64,000 bases of DNA from Mobula hypostoma (Eukaryota), in assembly GCF_963921235.1 (NCBI RefSeq), contig NC_086097.1, positions 216,444,001 to 216,508,000 of the forward strand, read 5' to 3'. The notes under the pieces are model-generated. The model made no database searches, was not told where the DNA came from, and saw nothing but the letters and a program-made list of their open reading frames with translations. Positions 37,190-50,873 of this stretch are shown piece by piece. Position numbers and translations under genes: made by a program. Position 1 is the stretch's first letter, and every line of letters begins with the position of its first letter.

Positions 37190-38295
37190 GAATGCGCGGC
37201 AGGGGCAGGGATTCAGATTTCTGAATCATTGGGATCTCTTCTGGGGAAGATACGACCTGTACAAAAGGGGTAGGTTACACCTGAACCCGATGGGGACCAA
37301 TATCCTTGCAGGCGGGTTTGCCAGACCTCTTGGGCTGGGTTTAAACTAATTTGGCAGGGGGCCGGAAAACTGAGTGATAGGGCTGAGGATAGGGTAGTTG
37401 GTATACAAGTGTGGAAGGACAGGCAGATGATAGGGCAAAGTTGCAGTCAGTGGCTGATTTGCAGTGTAACAGGGGACAAAACTGAAAAGGGTGATGAATA
37501 TAGGACTGAAAGTGATATATTTGAATGCATGCAGCATACAGAATTAGGTAGATGGTCTTGTAGCACATTTCGAGATTGGCAGGTATGAGGTTGTGGGCAT
37601 CACTGAAAGAAGATTATAATTGGGAGCTTAACATCCAAGGAACACCTTGTATTGAAAGGACAGGCAGGTAGGCAGAAGGGGTAGAGTGGCTTTGTTGGTA
37701 ATAAGTGAAATCGAATCCTTGGAAAGGAGTGGCATAGGATCAGAAGATGTAGAGTCCTTGTGGTTAAAGTTAGGAAATTGCAGGGGTGAAAAGACCCTGA
37801 TGGACCCTGATACAGGCCTCCAAACAGTAGCCAGGAAGTGGGCTACACATTACAATGGGAGATAGAAAATGCACATCAAAAGAGCAATGTTATGGTAGTC
37901 ATCGGGGATTTCAATATGCTGGTAGATTTGGAAACTCAGGTTCGTGCTGATTCTGAATCCCAATAGAGAGAATTTTTAGAATGCCTATGAGACGGCTTTT
38001 TAGAGCAGTGTTACGTACCCCGTAACTGGGTTGCCAAACCAGCAGAAATGGACCACTAGTTGGAGTCTGGATTACTAGAAACTAATAAAGTTTTATTAAA
38101 GAAATAAGTAACACAGTACTCTAATCTTAAGGATATAAATGCAACAGGTTAGCAATGATAAAAGACACATGTACACAGTACTAGGGTAAGAGGAATCAAC
38201 CAAGCTCTATCGCAGTCTAGGGATAAAATGATCAGTCTTAAGCAACGCAGAGTTCAGTTCAACTCAGTACAGTTCGCAGTAATCGCTGTTGTGCC

Positions 38296-38333
<38 letters not shown>

Positions 38334-39333
38334 CAAATTTGATTCAGGCAGACCTTTGATGTTCACAGGTGGTTTCGGGCGGACTCCTTTATGTCTTCTA
38401 TCCCGCTGTGGTCACCGACGGTGACCCCTCCGTTCTTCCGCGGTGAACCCGGCACCCAGGCAAGGGCGGACACACACACCAGGTTCCCACCGATCGTACC
38501 TTTACACCCTGTGAGCCTATGGTCGGTTCCCGCGAACCGGACCTCCAAACTCCCACCACTTGTGGGGGCACACCGCTCTTTCCAGGGGTCTCGTTATCTC
38601 GTGATCTCGTGGTGTCTGGTGCCTTAGCGAACCTGTTCTTTTTATCCCCCTGCTGGGGTATCACTTGTCCATCAAACTTCAAACAGTTCAGGTTCAAAGC
38701 AACTGGTCTGTCAATATTCTGAATTGTGTTTCTTTTCCGTTATCTCTTTCTCCTCTCTCATTAACATTTTGAACGTTTCTCCATTGTCTCCCTTTTCCCT
38801 CTGTCATTAGCATCAATCTTCTGATAACTCGGTTTGTCGTCACAGCAGCTTGTGGTTGAGCCTGCTGAGGGATTAGCTATCCTAGATTGGGTGTCAGCAA
38901 TGAACCGGAATTGATTGGAGAAGTTAAGGTAATGGAACCATTTGCAGACAATGATCATAATATGATAGAATTCACCCTGCAATTTGAGAGGAAGAAATTA
39001 AAGTCAGATGTATCAGCATTCCAGTGGAGCAAAGGGAATTACAGAGGCATGAGAGAGGAGCTGATCAAAGTTGATTGGAAGGGGATACTGGCAGGGATAA
39101 TGGCAGAGCAGCAATGGCTGCAGTTTCTGGGAGTAAAGCGGGATAGGTACATTCCAAAGGGGAAGCAGTATTCTAAAGGCAGGATGACACAATTGTAGCT
39201 GACAAGGGAAGCCAAAGCCACATTAAAGGAAAAGAGAAAGCATGTAATAAAGCAAAAGTTAGTGGGAAGTTAGAGGATTGAGAAGCTTTTAAAAACCAAC
39301 AGAAGGCAACTAAAACAGTCATAAGGAGGGAAA
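37190..39333 (+). mobile_element. CR1 LINE remnant (ORF1 end plus ORF2 endonuclease), split by a solo LTR
   Basis: GFRFLNHWDLFWGRYDLYKRGRLHLNPMGTNILAG, LKVIYLNACSI, GDFN, DHNMIEF motifs. Confidence 0.85.
38009..38844. mobile_element. Solo LTR (836 bp)
   Basis: TGTTACG...CGTCACA termini; exact 4-bp TSD GCAG (38005-08, 38845-48); the CR1 sequence resumes on the other side; internal (GA)n. Confidence 0.85.
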
Positions 39334-39335
39334 AT

Positions 39336-39635
39336 ATCCCTTTTCCAGCCCTTTATCACTTTCACCAATCGACTTCCCAGCTCTTTACTTCATCCCCTTC
39401 CCCTCTCCCGGTTTCAGCTATCACCTGCCACCTTGTACTTCTTCCTCTCCTCCCCTGCCCCCACCCATCTTCTTACGTTGACTTCTCATCTCTTTTTTAC
39501 AGTCCTGACGAAGGGTCTCGGCCTGAAATGTCAACTGTTTACTCTTTTCCGTAGATGTTGCCTGGTCTGCGGAGTTCCTCCAGCATTTTGTATGTAGTAT
39601 TTTGATTTCCAGCATCTACAGGTTTTCTCCCCTTT
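39336..39635 (+). mobile_element. Penelope-like terminal fragment with hammerhead-like motif at 39500-39537
   Basis: CAGTC-CTGACGA-AGGGTCTCGGCCT-GAAAT-GTC-AACTG followed by the family 3' end (GAGTTCCTCCAGCATTTTG). Confidence 0.8.
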
Positions 39636-40974
39636 GTCACTCCTTCTTAATGCTCATTTTGAAGATCCCAGGATTTATTGTCCTTTCCTAATTGCTCTTG
39701 TATGCTCTCCCCGTAAATGCACCGATTTCCTCCGGGTCCTCTGATTTCCTCCCCCCACCTAAACTCACAGGGTTAGGGTTACTGAGATATGGCCACACTG
39801 TGTTGGCGTTGGAAGTTTGCCGACATGCCTGGGGTTCTCATCGCCACCCTCGCTGACATGATGCAAACAACACACTTGACTGTTTCGACTGACGTGACAA
39901 ATAAAGCTCATCTTTACCTTTATAAAAACAAGACTGTAATCCCATTGTTATTTGTTGTTTCATTTGATTTTAGACTTGCTCCTTCACAGTTTTTACAGCT
40001 GACTGGGTGCCGAACATAATCATAGCTGGCTCTCCAGATCTGTTTTTTTTACAGAACATGCTACTTTGAAAATAAGGTGAGCAAAGATTTGCTGTTGTTG
40101 CCAGTAACATAGGTGTCTGTTATTTGTAAGTCTCACTGTGCTGCCATTGACTCCTCCACCTGCTCTGTGCTCAGGCCTTGTGATAACTATAGTCAGCTTC
40201 TATTCTTAGCTGTAACAAGGGGGCCGTGAAAGGCTGCTTGTTACTTGAAATAATTAGTCACAGTTTAAGGGCAGTGTAAGTGCTGGTACCGGGGGTGGAG
40301 TTTGTTGTTGAGGGAGTCATCAAATACACACAGATAATTGCTCAGTGACTTGGAACAGAAGGAAGTGGCTGCAGTAGTAGGAACAAGCTGCTCATGTGCT
40401 AACTTTGCACCTGTCATGGACCTTACAGGAAATGTTTCCGAGCAAAAAGATACTGTTCAAACTCAGTGATCACTTGGGTCAGATTGGACCACTTGTAAGA
40501 AATGGTTTTAATGGACGTTCAGAATGGAGATTGAGGCTTGGAGATCCTACGTACAAATGGAGAACTGAATGTCCGCTTCAGTAAAGGTGGCCCCTGTACG
40601 GAATCATTTGACAGTAACTTCATGGTCATAACAAGATCCATGAAGCGGTTGTCACAATATGATTCCTAGATTGCCCATTTCACACTAAAAGAAATGACTG
40701 AAAGTTTGAAGAAAGAGGGCAGCTTCTGAAAATTTATTCAGCTCCTGACTCAACATGAATTCATTTTCCAGCAGGTGCAATTAATACGCATCAGCCGGTT
40801 GCTTCACTTCCTCCTTCCATTGCAAAATTACCTCTAGGGAACACTGTGCCAGATTCTGTCATTATTCAGACTGGGCGGGTAAATTGGCCACATTTGTTTT
40901 CACTTTAATAGGGCTTTATTCAAGAATATTGATGACCCAGAAAAAGCAGATGAACTGATGGCTAACAACGTTAG

Positions 40975-41148
40975 TGGATTAGTACATGGTGAGTACTGGT
41001 GATCTCTTTGGAAACTCACCCGGCAGAAGGCAATAGCAAACCACTGCTGTAACTTGCCTCATACGCGGTTCCCCACTACGTCAGAGAGGCGTGGAGGGAA
41101 ATCGTCCGCTAACCGGAGAAACTCCGGATGCGACATACCTTTCCTTTT
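40975..41148 (+). mobile_element. RTE-type 3' tail fragment (SINE or LINE)
   Basis: GAAGGCAATAGCAAACCACT resembles RTE/BovB end motifs; ends in (CCTTT)n; locally CpG-rich. Confidence 0.45.
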
Positions 41149-42442
41149 ACTCCTGGAATATTCCTCTGGAGCAGGTCAAGCTTTGGTATGGCTGGTTACT
41201 CTAAGAGGAATGGCCACATGCCTTCTCCACACCACCCCACCGACATTCAACTTTGTGCCTGCGCTCTGCAATGCAGAAGTCAGAGACACACTGAACATCA
41301 GCTGTCATCCTTCCTGACCACATGGTGTTCCACTTTAACCATCACCAACTGCTGTACCGGATCTTACTGAGCTGAGGGGCCAAACACATGTTGCCCATTC
41401 TCCTCATGATTAAGTCTATCCTGCAATGTGAAGGTACCTTCACCACCACCTTCTCAAGAGCAATCATGGATGGCCTGGTCCTAATAACTGAATCAATGAA
41501 AATAATCCCTCTCGTTTCTATCCTTGCAAAGTATTTTCCTTGGTGTAAGTCTGTCTTCCTCAAGTAACCAAGGGCCATGGGATAAAGAGATCATAGCAGC
41601 TGCTTGAGTCGCAGGCATAATCTTACATATGGTAACCTGACAACACAGAAATAGTGTGATGTTCTTACACTGGAGCATAAATGCCATGAATTCTTTTGAA
41701 TTTGGGGAACATCGGGATATGGAGTTGTAAAATTTTCCACTTAATCTATTTTTAATTTTCCATGAGGACAGTAAAGAAGATATTTGTCCTACTTAATAAA
41801 ACTGAAATATGAAGCACGTCTTTCTTGAAGTTAAACATAAATATTAATAGATTGAATTTTTACGGTGGTATAGCTTCTACTGATATTTAAATTGAGCATG
41901 TCACATAAAACCTATGAAGCAACGTCCCCTAGTGGACATATTTAAGATAGGAAATATCTTTTCAACTTACAGTACTTCCTGTTTTTAAATACAACCATAA
42001 AAGTTGTATTAAACAGTACCCAAATTTATGCAACAATCAGCTTAACCCAGTAAATTATTCCAATAAATAATTTCCAGTTTTGCACTGGTTGTAATTACCC
42101 TGGTGCCTGTTCTGCAGTGTTCTTGTTCCGAAGGGTTAATTCTGCTTCCTCTGGTATCTCGATATCTGCTCCTACTGAGCAAATCTCTTCAGTAGCCTTC
42201 CTGGAATGGCAGCTGTTCCTCAAAGTTGGAATACCCTCCTATTATCTTCTTTGATCTATGGTGTGGTGTGTGTTAAGTTCCTACTGATTTCTACTACATT
42301 CTGAGAGGGGATTTGTCCTCACAGTGCCTTCAACTCCTAACAGTGGCAGATCTGTGGGCCCCTATTGTACCACTGTACTGGCATGCCTGTCTTCTTTGGT
42401 AACATCCAGATGTTTTTCCTATTGTTAGGAATATGAATTTGT

Positions 42443-43110
42443 CAACGTCAATGGATCTGGGGTTGAGAGGGTAAACAGCTTTAAGTATCTCGGCATCCAC
42501 ATCACCAAGGACCTCACATGGTCTGTACACACCAGCTATATGGTGAAAAAGGCACGACAGGGCCTCTTTCACCTCAGTTGGTTGAGGAGGTTTGGTATGG
42601 GCTCCCAAATCCTAAGGACTTTCTACAGGGGCACTACTGAGAGCATCCTGACTGGCTGCATGACTGCCTGGTATGGGACCTGTACCTCCCTTAATCGCAG
42701 GACTCTGCAGAGAGTAGTGCAGACAGCCCAGCACATCTGTAATTGTGAACTTCCCATGATTCAGGACAATTACAAGGACAGTTGTGTAAAAAGGGCCCAA
42801 AGGATCACTGGGGACCCGAGTCACCCCAACCACAATCTATTCCAGTCTGTTACTATCCGGGAAACTGTACCACAGCATAAAAACCAGGACCAAAAGGCTC
42901 CAGGACAGCTTCTTCCGCCAGGCCATCAGACTGATTAACTCATGCTGATTTGAGTGTATTTCTATGTTACATTGACTGTTCTATTTTTTATAAATTATTA
43001 TAAATTACTATGATTGCACATTGCACATTTAGACGAAAACGTAACGTAAAGATTTTTACTCCTCATGTATGTGAAGGATGTAAGAAATAAAGTCAATTCA
43101 ATTCAATTCC
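42443..43110 (+). mobile_element. Rex1/Babar-like LINE 3' fragment
   Basis: FKYLGIHITKDLTW, KKARQGLFHL, FYRGTTESILTGCMTAWYG, DPSHPNHNLF; AATAAAGTCAATTCAATTCAATTC tail. Confidence 0.85.
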
Positions 43111-43502
43111 ATCACCTATTGGGTCAGGGTATTGTGGAAGATAGGATCTAACAGTGATGAGTTATCCTACTTCAGTGATTTCTTGGCTTCTTGTACAGAA
43201 TTCTCTTCCTTTCTTTTACTCTGTAAAAAGTAAGAAGATTTTTTTTCTGGTGATCAGTATGCCAGTAAGCAAGTTGTCTGCCGTGAACTGTGACCTATCA
43301 ATGATCAGCACCTCAGGGATGCCATATCTGGCTGTTTCTTGATCTTCCTTATGCCTATGTCTCCAAAACTTTTTAAAAACAATCAACTATCACCAGGTTA
43401 TTTTTTCTCTCAAGGAGAAACAAGTCAAACTTTCTTTCCACCTGGACAGAATTTTCAACTTTCAACTTTGACCCTGTGTCTGCCTGGGACTTGATAAAAT
43501 TA

Positions 43503-46210
43503 TAGAACACTACAGCACAGAAACAGGCCATTCAGCCCATCTAGTACATGCCAAACTATTAATCTGTCTAGTCCCATCAACCTGCACCCAGACCACAGGC
43601 CTCCATACTTCTCCCACCCATGTACCTATCCAAATTTCACTTAAATGTTGAAATCAACCCTACATCCACTGTTTGTGCTGGCCGCTCATTTCATACTGTC
43701 ACCACCCTCTAAGTGAAGAAGTTCCACTTAAACATTTCACCTTTCACTCTTACCCATGACCTCTAGTTCTACTCTCAGCCAATTGCAGTGGAAAATGTCT
43801 GCTTGCATTTATCTTAAGCATTATAATTTTAATTTACCCTTATAATTTTATATACCTCTATCAAATCTCCCCTCAGTGTTCTAGGGAATAAAGTTTTAAC
43901 CTATTCAACCTTTCCCTATAACTCAGGCCCTCAAGTCACAGCAACATCCTTATAAATTTTCTCTGCAGTCTCTGAATCTTATTTATATCTTTCCAGTAGG
44001 TAGGTAACCAAAACTACACTCAGTCCTCCAAATTAGGCCTCACCAATTTCTTATACAATTTAAACATAACATCCCCTCTCCTGTACTCAATACTTTGATT
44101 TATGATGCCAAAGTACCAAAAACTTTCTTTACAACCCTATCTACCTGTGGTACCACTTTCAAGAAATTATTGATCTGTTTTCCCAGATCCCTCTGTTCGA
44201 CCTCAGTGCCATACTGCTCACCATGTAAGACCTACCCTGCTTGGTCCTTACAAAGTGCAATACCTCATACTTTTCTGCATTAAGCCATTTTTCAGCCCAT
44301 TTTTCCAGCTGGTCTAGATCCCACTGCAAACTTTGATAGTTTTCCTCGCTGTCCACTATATCCCCAATCTTGGTGTCAGCCACAAATTTACTGAGCCAGT
44401 TTACCACATTATCATCAAGATCATTGATATAGATTGCAAACAACAAAAGACCAGCACCATTCCCTGGGGCACACAATTTGTCATAGGCCTCCATTCAGAG
44501 AGGCAACCATTTACAATCATTCTCTGCCTTCTTCTGCAAAGTCACTATCTAAACTAATTTATTACCTCATCTTGAATGCTAAACGATTGACCTTCTTGAC
44601 GAACCTCCCATGCAGCACCTTGTCAGAGGCCTTGCTAAAGTCTATGTAGACAACATCCACTGCCTTGCCTTCATCATTTTTCTGGTAACTTCCTTGAAAA
44701 ACTATAAGATTAGTTAGACATGATTTACTACATACAAAGCCATGTTGATTATCCCTGTCTTTCTGAATACTTATGTATCCTGTCCCTCAGAATACCTTCC
44801 AATAACTGTCTCACTACTGACGTCACACTCACTGGCCTATAACTTCCTGGCTTATTCTTAGAGTCTTTCTTTAACAACAGAACAACATTAGATACCTCCA
44901 ATCCTCCAGCACATCACCTGTGGCTAAGGATGTTTTTAATATCTCTACTAGGGCTCCTGCAATTTCTGCACTAGCCTCCCACAGGGTCCAAGGGAACACC
45001 TTGTCAGACCTTGTCAGACTGTTTTATCCACTGTAATTGTCTCTCAAGACAGCAAATACCTCCTTCTCTATACTCTGCTGCTGCATTTCCTCTCATCTAT
45101 AGACAGAGTCTGTCTCTTGAGCAAATACAGATGTAAAAAATTAACTTAAGACCTCACTCATCTCTTTCAGCTCCACACATAGATTCAGAGGACCAAATTT
45201 GTCCCTTGCTTAATATATCTGTAGAAACCCTTTGGATTCCCATTGACCTGTTCTGTTAGGTCATGTCTTCATGTCCTCTTTTAGCCCTTCTGATTTCCTC
45301 CTTTAATGTTCTCTTGCATTTCTTATACTCCTTAAGTAACTCATTTGGTTCCGCCTGCCTCTACTTGCTATGTACCTCCATTCGTTTCCCTTAACCAGCA
45401 CCTCAATATCTCTCAAAAACTAAGGTTCCTTAAATCCATTATTTTTGCCTTTTAGTCAGATAGGAACAACTCTGTACTCTCAAATTTTCAGTTTTGAAGG
45501 CCTCCCACTTACCAAGAACACCTTTTCCAAAAAACAACCTGTCCTAATCCATACTTGCCAGATCCTAATACCATCAAAATTGGCCTTTTTTCCAATTTAG
45601 AATCTCAACCGAGGACCAGACCTACCAGATCTATCCTGCCCTATCACATTCCCTAATAGCAGATCAAGTATCGCACACTCTCTCATTGGGACTGTTAGGT
45701 TGTGTATACGATAATCCCATTAACATGGTCATATCTTTCTTATTCCTCAGTTTTACCCTTAAATCCTCAATAGACAAGCTCGCCAGCCTGTGCTGACTGA
45801 GCACTGTCATAGTATTTTCTTTGACTAGAAATACTATCCCCCCCCCTTTAATTCTCCTTGCTCTACCACATTTAAAACAGAACCCCAGACCGAGGAGTTT
45901 CGAGTCCTGGCCATCCTGCGTCTAAGTCTCACTAATAGCTACAATGTCATAATTTCACATGCTGATTTATGCCCCAAGCTCATCTAGCTTTCCTACAATA
46001 CTCCCTGCATTGAAATATACACAGCTCAGAGTATTAGTCCCACCATGCTCAACCTTTCGATTCCTGACTTTGTATGTAGGCTTAATAAGATCTTTCACCA
46101 CAACCAATCCACCATCTGTTGTGATGCTCTGGTTCCCATCTGCCTGTAACTTTAGTTTAAACATCACCCCCAACCCACCCCAGTGCAGCACCAGTAAACC
46201 TTCCCACTAA
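43503..46210 (-). mobile_element. Long decayed CR1 LINE (ORF2 start to 3' tail)
   Basis: LSCVYFNAGSIVGK near 46030; LLFAIYINDLDD..SKFVADTKIG and LEKWAEKW near 44400; AGAACACTACAGCACAGAAACAGG tail complement at the left end. Confidence 0.85.
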
Positions 46211-47137
46211 ATTTGCTGAGAATGAAGTGTTTCCTTTGGTTTCTTTCTGGAGACATGTAGGTCCCATATCTCTGTGTATGGTCCCTGGTCTACTCATTTA
46301 TCCCTGCTTGATGGATGCCTTCTTTCATCTTACAGAGGCAACCTTTCTCCCAGCTGAGAGCAATGAACATATTTGATAATGATGTTCCCTCATGGCTTGG
46401 GAACAATTACTCATTTGCCTCTGAAAAACTAAGCCATTGTGAATTCCCTGTTCATCTCTCACCTGGAACTGACTCAACAGCATCCAGTCGGAATCATTCA
46501 CAACAGGTGCTGCATTGTAGCATTTTGTCTGGGTGCCACTTCAATGTCCCACATAAGTGGCTGTGAAATTGGAATAAGTCTCACCATGGTGATTGTCTCT
46601 GGCTAGTATCCTCAGTATAACTGCCTGCCAGAGAAAGGCTCCACTAAATGTGTTGGCTACATACAAATCTTTAGTTGGACAACATTGAGGTTCACTGTAC
46701 TTTTGGGAACCTGCATATTTACAAACTTTCAGCAACTCTTTGGACTCTGTGGAGAGTCTAAAAGCTGTAATCTGAAGTGGCTCGTGAGCGCTGGGAACTT
46801 GTAAAGTGCTCCTATATGTTTGTTGGTGAAACTTCTCCAGCACAAATATTACAGCAAGTAACTTCTCAGTTCATAGATGGAGGTGTCCTCATTGGCAGGA
46901 ATCAGCTTATGAAAGCTCTTAGCAGACATTTCCATGATGACATTGCTCCAAACCCTTTTTTGCTGTAGCACCAGTCCTTCTTATAATCAAAGTATCACAC
47001 CCCAGGCTCCACTGTGACCTTTCCCATGATCCTTTTGACTGTGTACTCAGGAGCAGGAATTTATTCAAATTGTTGATAGACCCCAGAAAGTGTTTTACTC
47101 ATGCAGCATCCAGACTTGGTATTACTTTGATCTTACC

Positions 47138-47966
47138 TGTGAAACCCCCTGTTACTGGGCATCTCCAGAGATGTGGCTCATTAGCTCCTCACTAATAGCT
47201 ACTGGATTCAGCAGTGAGAAAACCACCTTTCTCAAACTTCATACATCTAGGGTTGGTATGACTTGCGTCCCACCAAAACCGGGAAGCTGGGATGTCTCCA
47301 CCACCTAAATTCTGATCTGTGCGAATACTGTGTAAACACTGTCCCCATACAATTAGCTGTCGGCAAGAAATAACAGATCGCATACTGTATACAATAATAA
47401 AGAAAGTATACTTACAAATTTCAGCTTTATCAAACAGTAGGAAAAAGAAAAGAAAAAAAAAAGGGCTCATTACAGTTAACCCAGTCCAATTGTACATATA
47501 TGTTGGATCTCATCTTGAAGTTGTCTTTAACTCATTCACTGGACCTACGGTCTGTATAAAAGCACACACTACCTTCCAAACGTCACTTGAAATTCATCTC
47601 AAACAAATGAACTCCTCCATGGGTGTGCTGGCCCTTGCTCCTTGAAGTCATTCATCTGCACAAAGCACCTTTGAAAGGAAGGAGCCACCTTCCCTCCTGT
47701 CTTCTCCCAGCTCCTGCCAAAAAAGACCTTGACCCACACCAGTGTCTGTCACAAAAACCTCCTTGTCCAGCGTTCTCTAGAACCTTCTTCCAATTCCACC
47801 ATCCTGACTGGCTGACACAACATTCCTAAATTGAACAACATAACCCCTTCTCCTTAGCTCAAACCCAAACATGCTAAAATCAGAACAGAATGCTCTTACT
47901 TATTTAATTTCTGCTAAAATTAAATACCTACAGCATGGCAGTTAAAATCTTAACTAGGGTATTGCA
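47138..47966. mobile_element. Possible solo LTR
   Basis: TGTGAAACCC...GGGTATTGCA imperfect terminal inverted ends, inside a decayed LINE-like region; no clear TSD. Confidence 0.35.
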
Positions 47967-48244
47967 GCTGGTTCTGCAGAATTCCTCCATACAAAGATTT
48001 TCACTCTTGCTTGTCATTGTACCAGCCGCCTATAAAGGCCATTCCTCCAGGACCTGGGAATGCTGTATTTATTTCCTACACCAGGACGTTCTCAATGGGT
48101 GTAGGGAATTGTGTGCTGGTTTCTAGCTATCAATGAGGAGCTGCCTAAACACTAATGCTCAGTAGAGTGGGTCCCAGCAAAAACTCTGCAGATCCTGCCA
48201 TAGTACACTCTTATGGATTTAAATCACCTTCACGTGGTTTTAGT

Positions 48245-48680
48245 CATAGAGAAAAGTACAGTTCAGAAACACCCTTCAGCCCATCTAATCCATGTCAAAC
48301 TAATTAAACTGCCTATTCCCACCAACTTGCATAGGGACCTTCGCCCTCCATTTATATAGCTCACATGCATTACCTGCACTGGCAGCTCATTCCATCCTCT
48401 CCCAACCCTCTGAGTGAATAAGTTTCACCTCATGTTCCCATTAAACTTTTCACTCTTAACCCATGAATTTTAGTTGTAGTCCCACTCAATCTCAGGGTAA
48501 ATGCAAGCAGACGTTTTCCACTATCTGTACGCTCATAATTTTGTATACCTCTATCAAATCTCCCCTCAATTTTCTATGTTCCAGGGAATAAAGTTCTAAC
48601 CTATTCAATCTTTTCTTACAACTCATATCCTCCAGTCCCAACAACATCCTTGTAAATTTTCTCTGTACTCTTTCAAGACT
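48245..48680 (-). mobile_element. CR1 LINE 3' fragment
   Basis: Similar by eye to 43503-43990 (ATACCTCTATCAAATCTCCCCTCA...AACATCCTTGTAAATTTTCTCTG). Confidence 0.7.
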
Positions 48681-49626
48681 TTTTTATGACCCTATCTACC
48701 TATTAATCTTCATCTAATTTCACTTTTTTTTAAAATTTCAGTGGGGGTCCCACTTTGTTGCTAGTGTGAAACACCACTCTTGTATAAATGTTAAATCCCA
48801 TTTCTGTTCTACTATGTTCAAATGATGGAGGTTGGGTGTAAAATGTGCCAGCATTGTGCCTTTGATTTACCCACATTTGCTCATACAGGTCCAACCTCAT
48901 CATGAAATTTGTGCTACTTTCAAAATTATTTCACTTTCTACGATCTGTCAGCTACCCATTAACCATACTACAGGACTAGTACCCGCACAAGTTAGCTGAA
49001 CCTGCTTGAAGGCTGTTCAAGGGCAACAGGCAGTGGGAATCATTCGAGATATCACTGCAGTTTGCTCCAATGGCAGACATGAATTTGCAGTGTGAAAAAG
49101 ACTGCCCAGCTTTTTATTGACATGATAAGGAGAGGAGGTTGTCTTCTGCTTACTTCCAGCCCAGTTTAAAGTGCCTGATGAGTCCTTTGTGGGAGTTGCA
49201 GACCTTGCCACAGGTAGGATAGGTTTTTTTTGGGGGGGGTGGAGCAGGTGAACAGGCTAATGCATAGTCCTGCTGCAGCCTGCACTTGGTCTTCAGACCA
49301 TTCTACCTGAGAAAGATAATGTGCTGAAAACCTTCCTGGAGTCTTGTTGGGTATATGTATCCCATGGGCAAGTTCAGCTACAATATTCCACAAGTTCTGC
49401 TTAGCAGATCAGGGGGACAAAAAAAGCTTTATTTATAAAGGGAAAAAAAAACAGGATCTCTTTTTTTCTCTCCATTTTAATTTTCTTCTTCATCCAATTG
49501 GACAAATTTATCTCCTGCACATGTAAATCCCTCATTCTGTTTGAGATACATATTTGCTCACAATATTTACTTAAGTCAAATGTTTTCTTTACTATAAAAT
49601 CAGTTCTCACTTTTAGTAACTTGCTG

Positions 49627-49860
49627 GAGAAGGGAGGGAGGAAACCAACGTCGACTCAGACCTTGAGAGGCCTGTGTGGGGCATTTTCATGCCTTACAAG
49701 GCGCAGATTGTTAGTCTGTGTGGGGCGCCACTCCTCACACAGACACTAGAGCAATTTGTGGTTAAGTGCCTTGCTCAAGGACACAAACATGCTGCCACAG
49801 TTGAGGCTCAAACGAGCGACCTTGAGATCATTAGAGGAACGCCTTAACCACTTGGCCAAG
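49627..49860 (-). mobile_element. tRNA-derived CORE-SINE
   Basis: Minus strand TGGCCAAGTGGTTAAGGCG (A-box head), then CORE-like GTGTCCTTGAGCAAGGCACTTAACC. Confidence 0.7.
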
Positions 49861-50873
49861 TGCTAGAGGAAATAAGCCCCAGAATATGCCTAATCTACCA
49901 TGGATGTTGCTGAAGCGTTGCTACAGCAAATTACAGCTTTAAATTGGGAGAAATAAAGAAATAATGGGGCGGACAAGTATTACAACAAGGTTTCTGTACT
50001 GGCAGATCATTTTGTTCTTCTAGTTCCACACTGAGGTAAAACCACTGCATGGGTTCATACACAAAACCATAAACATAATTCCAACTGCGGTCTTTGATCG
50101 TGATGATGTTAGCCAGTTCCTTACTTCATTTGCTAAAACTTTTGCAAGCATTGCCTCATACCCATTTTGCATTTCTTCAACAAGATGACAACCAATATTT
50201 ACTCTAGCTGGAAATGAGCTCTCACTTGCTTGTCATTCTACCTTCACTCCAATTGAATAGTATTCAGTTATACTTCTGTAGCTAGATTCATTGAAATATT
50301 CAAAAGCCAGAAGCAGAAGAACAGTTAAGGAATTTCTTAGCAAGTCCATCTCATCTGGTCATGTCATAATCAGGAAAGAAATCTCCAGCGCCAGAAAACA
50401 ATCAAGTAAACTACTGGAAACCTTATCTGCTCATGTTACTTAACTTCGTCAATTCATGGACTCTTTGAATGCAAGAAAAATTTTCAATGTACTTTGATGT
50501 CTTGTCATATTGGTAAATGAAGTTCCCTTTTGATTATATTTTGTTCAGAATTTGATGAAGTTATCATTATCACTGCTGTAAGGAAATAGATCATCAAGGT
50601 GGTAGTTCTATTTAACCCTTGCGTAGACTTTTAGTAAGGAAAATTCTCAGTGATAAATGGAATTTTTACCAAATCCAGGCTCATTTATCATCTTTAAGTG
50701 AAAATTTCAAGTCCTCAAGGACAACCCCAGAAATAGTTGTTAAGAGGTAAATCAGTGATAGAATTTGATCCATTCAATTATATATTGTACATGCAGTTCA
50801 ATCTTAAAAATACTTTGACATTATTTCATTGTTTAGAAAATACACAATTTCAGCATCTTAATCAAGTTTGGTT

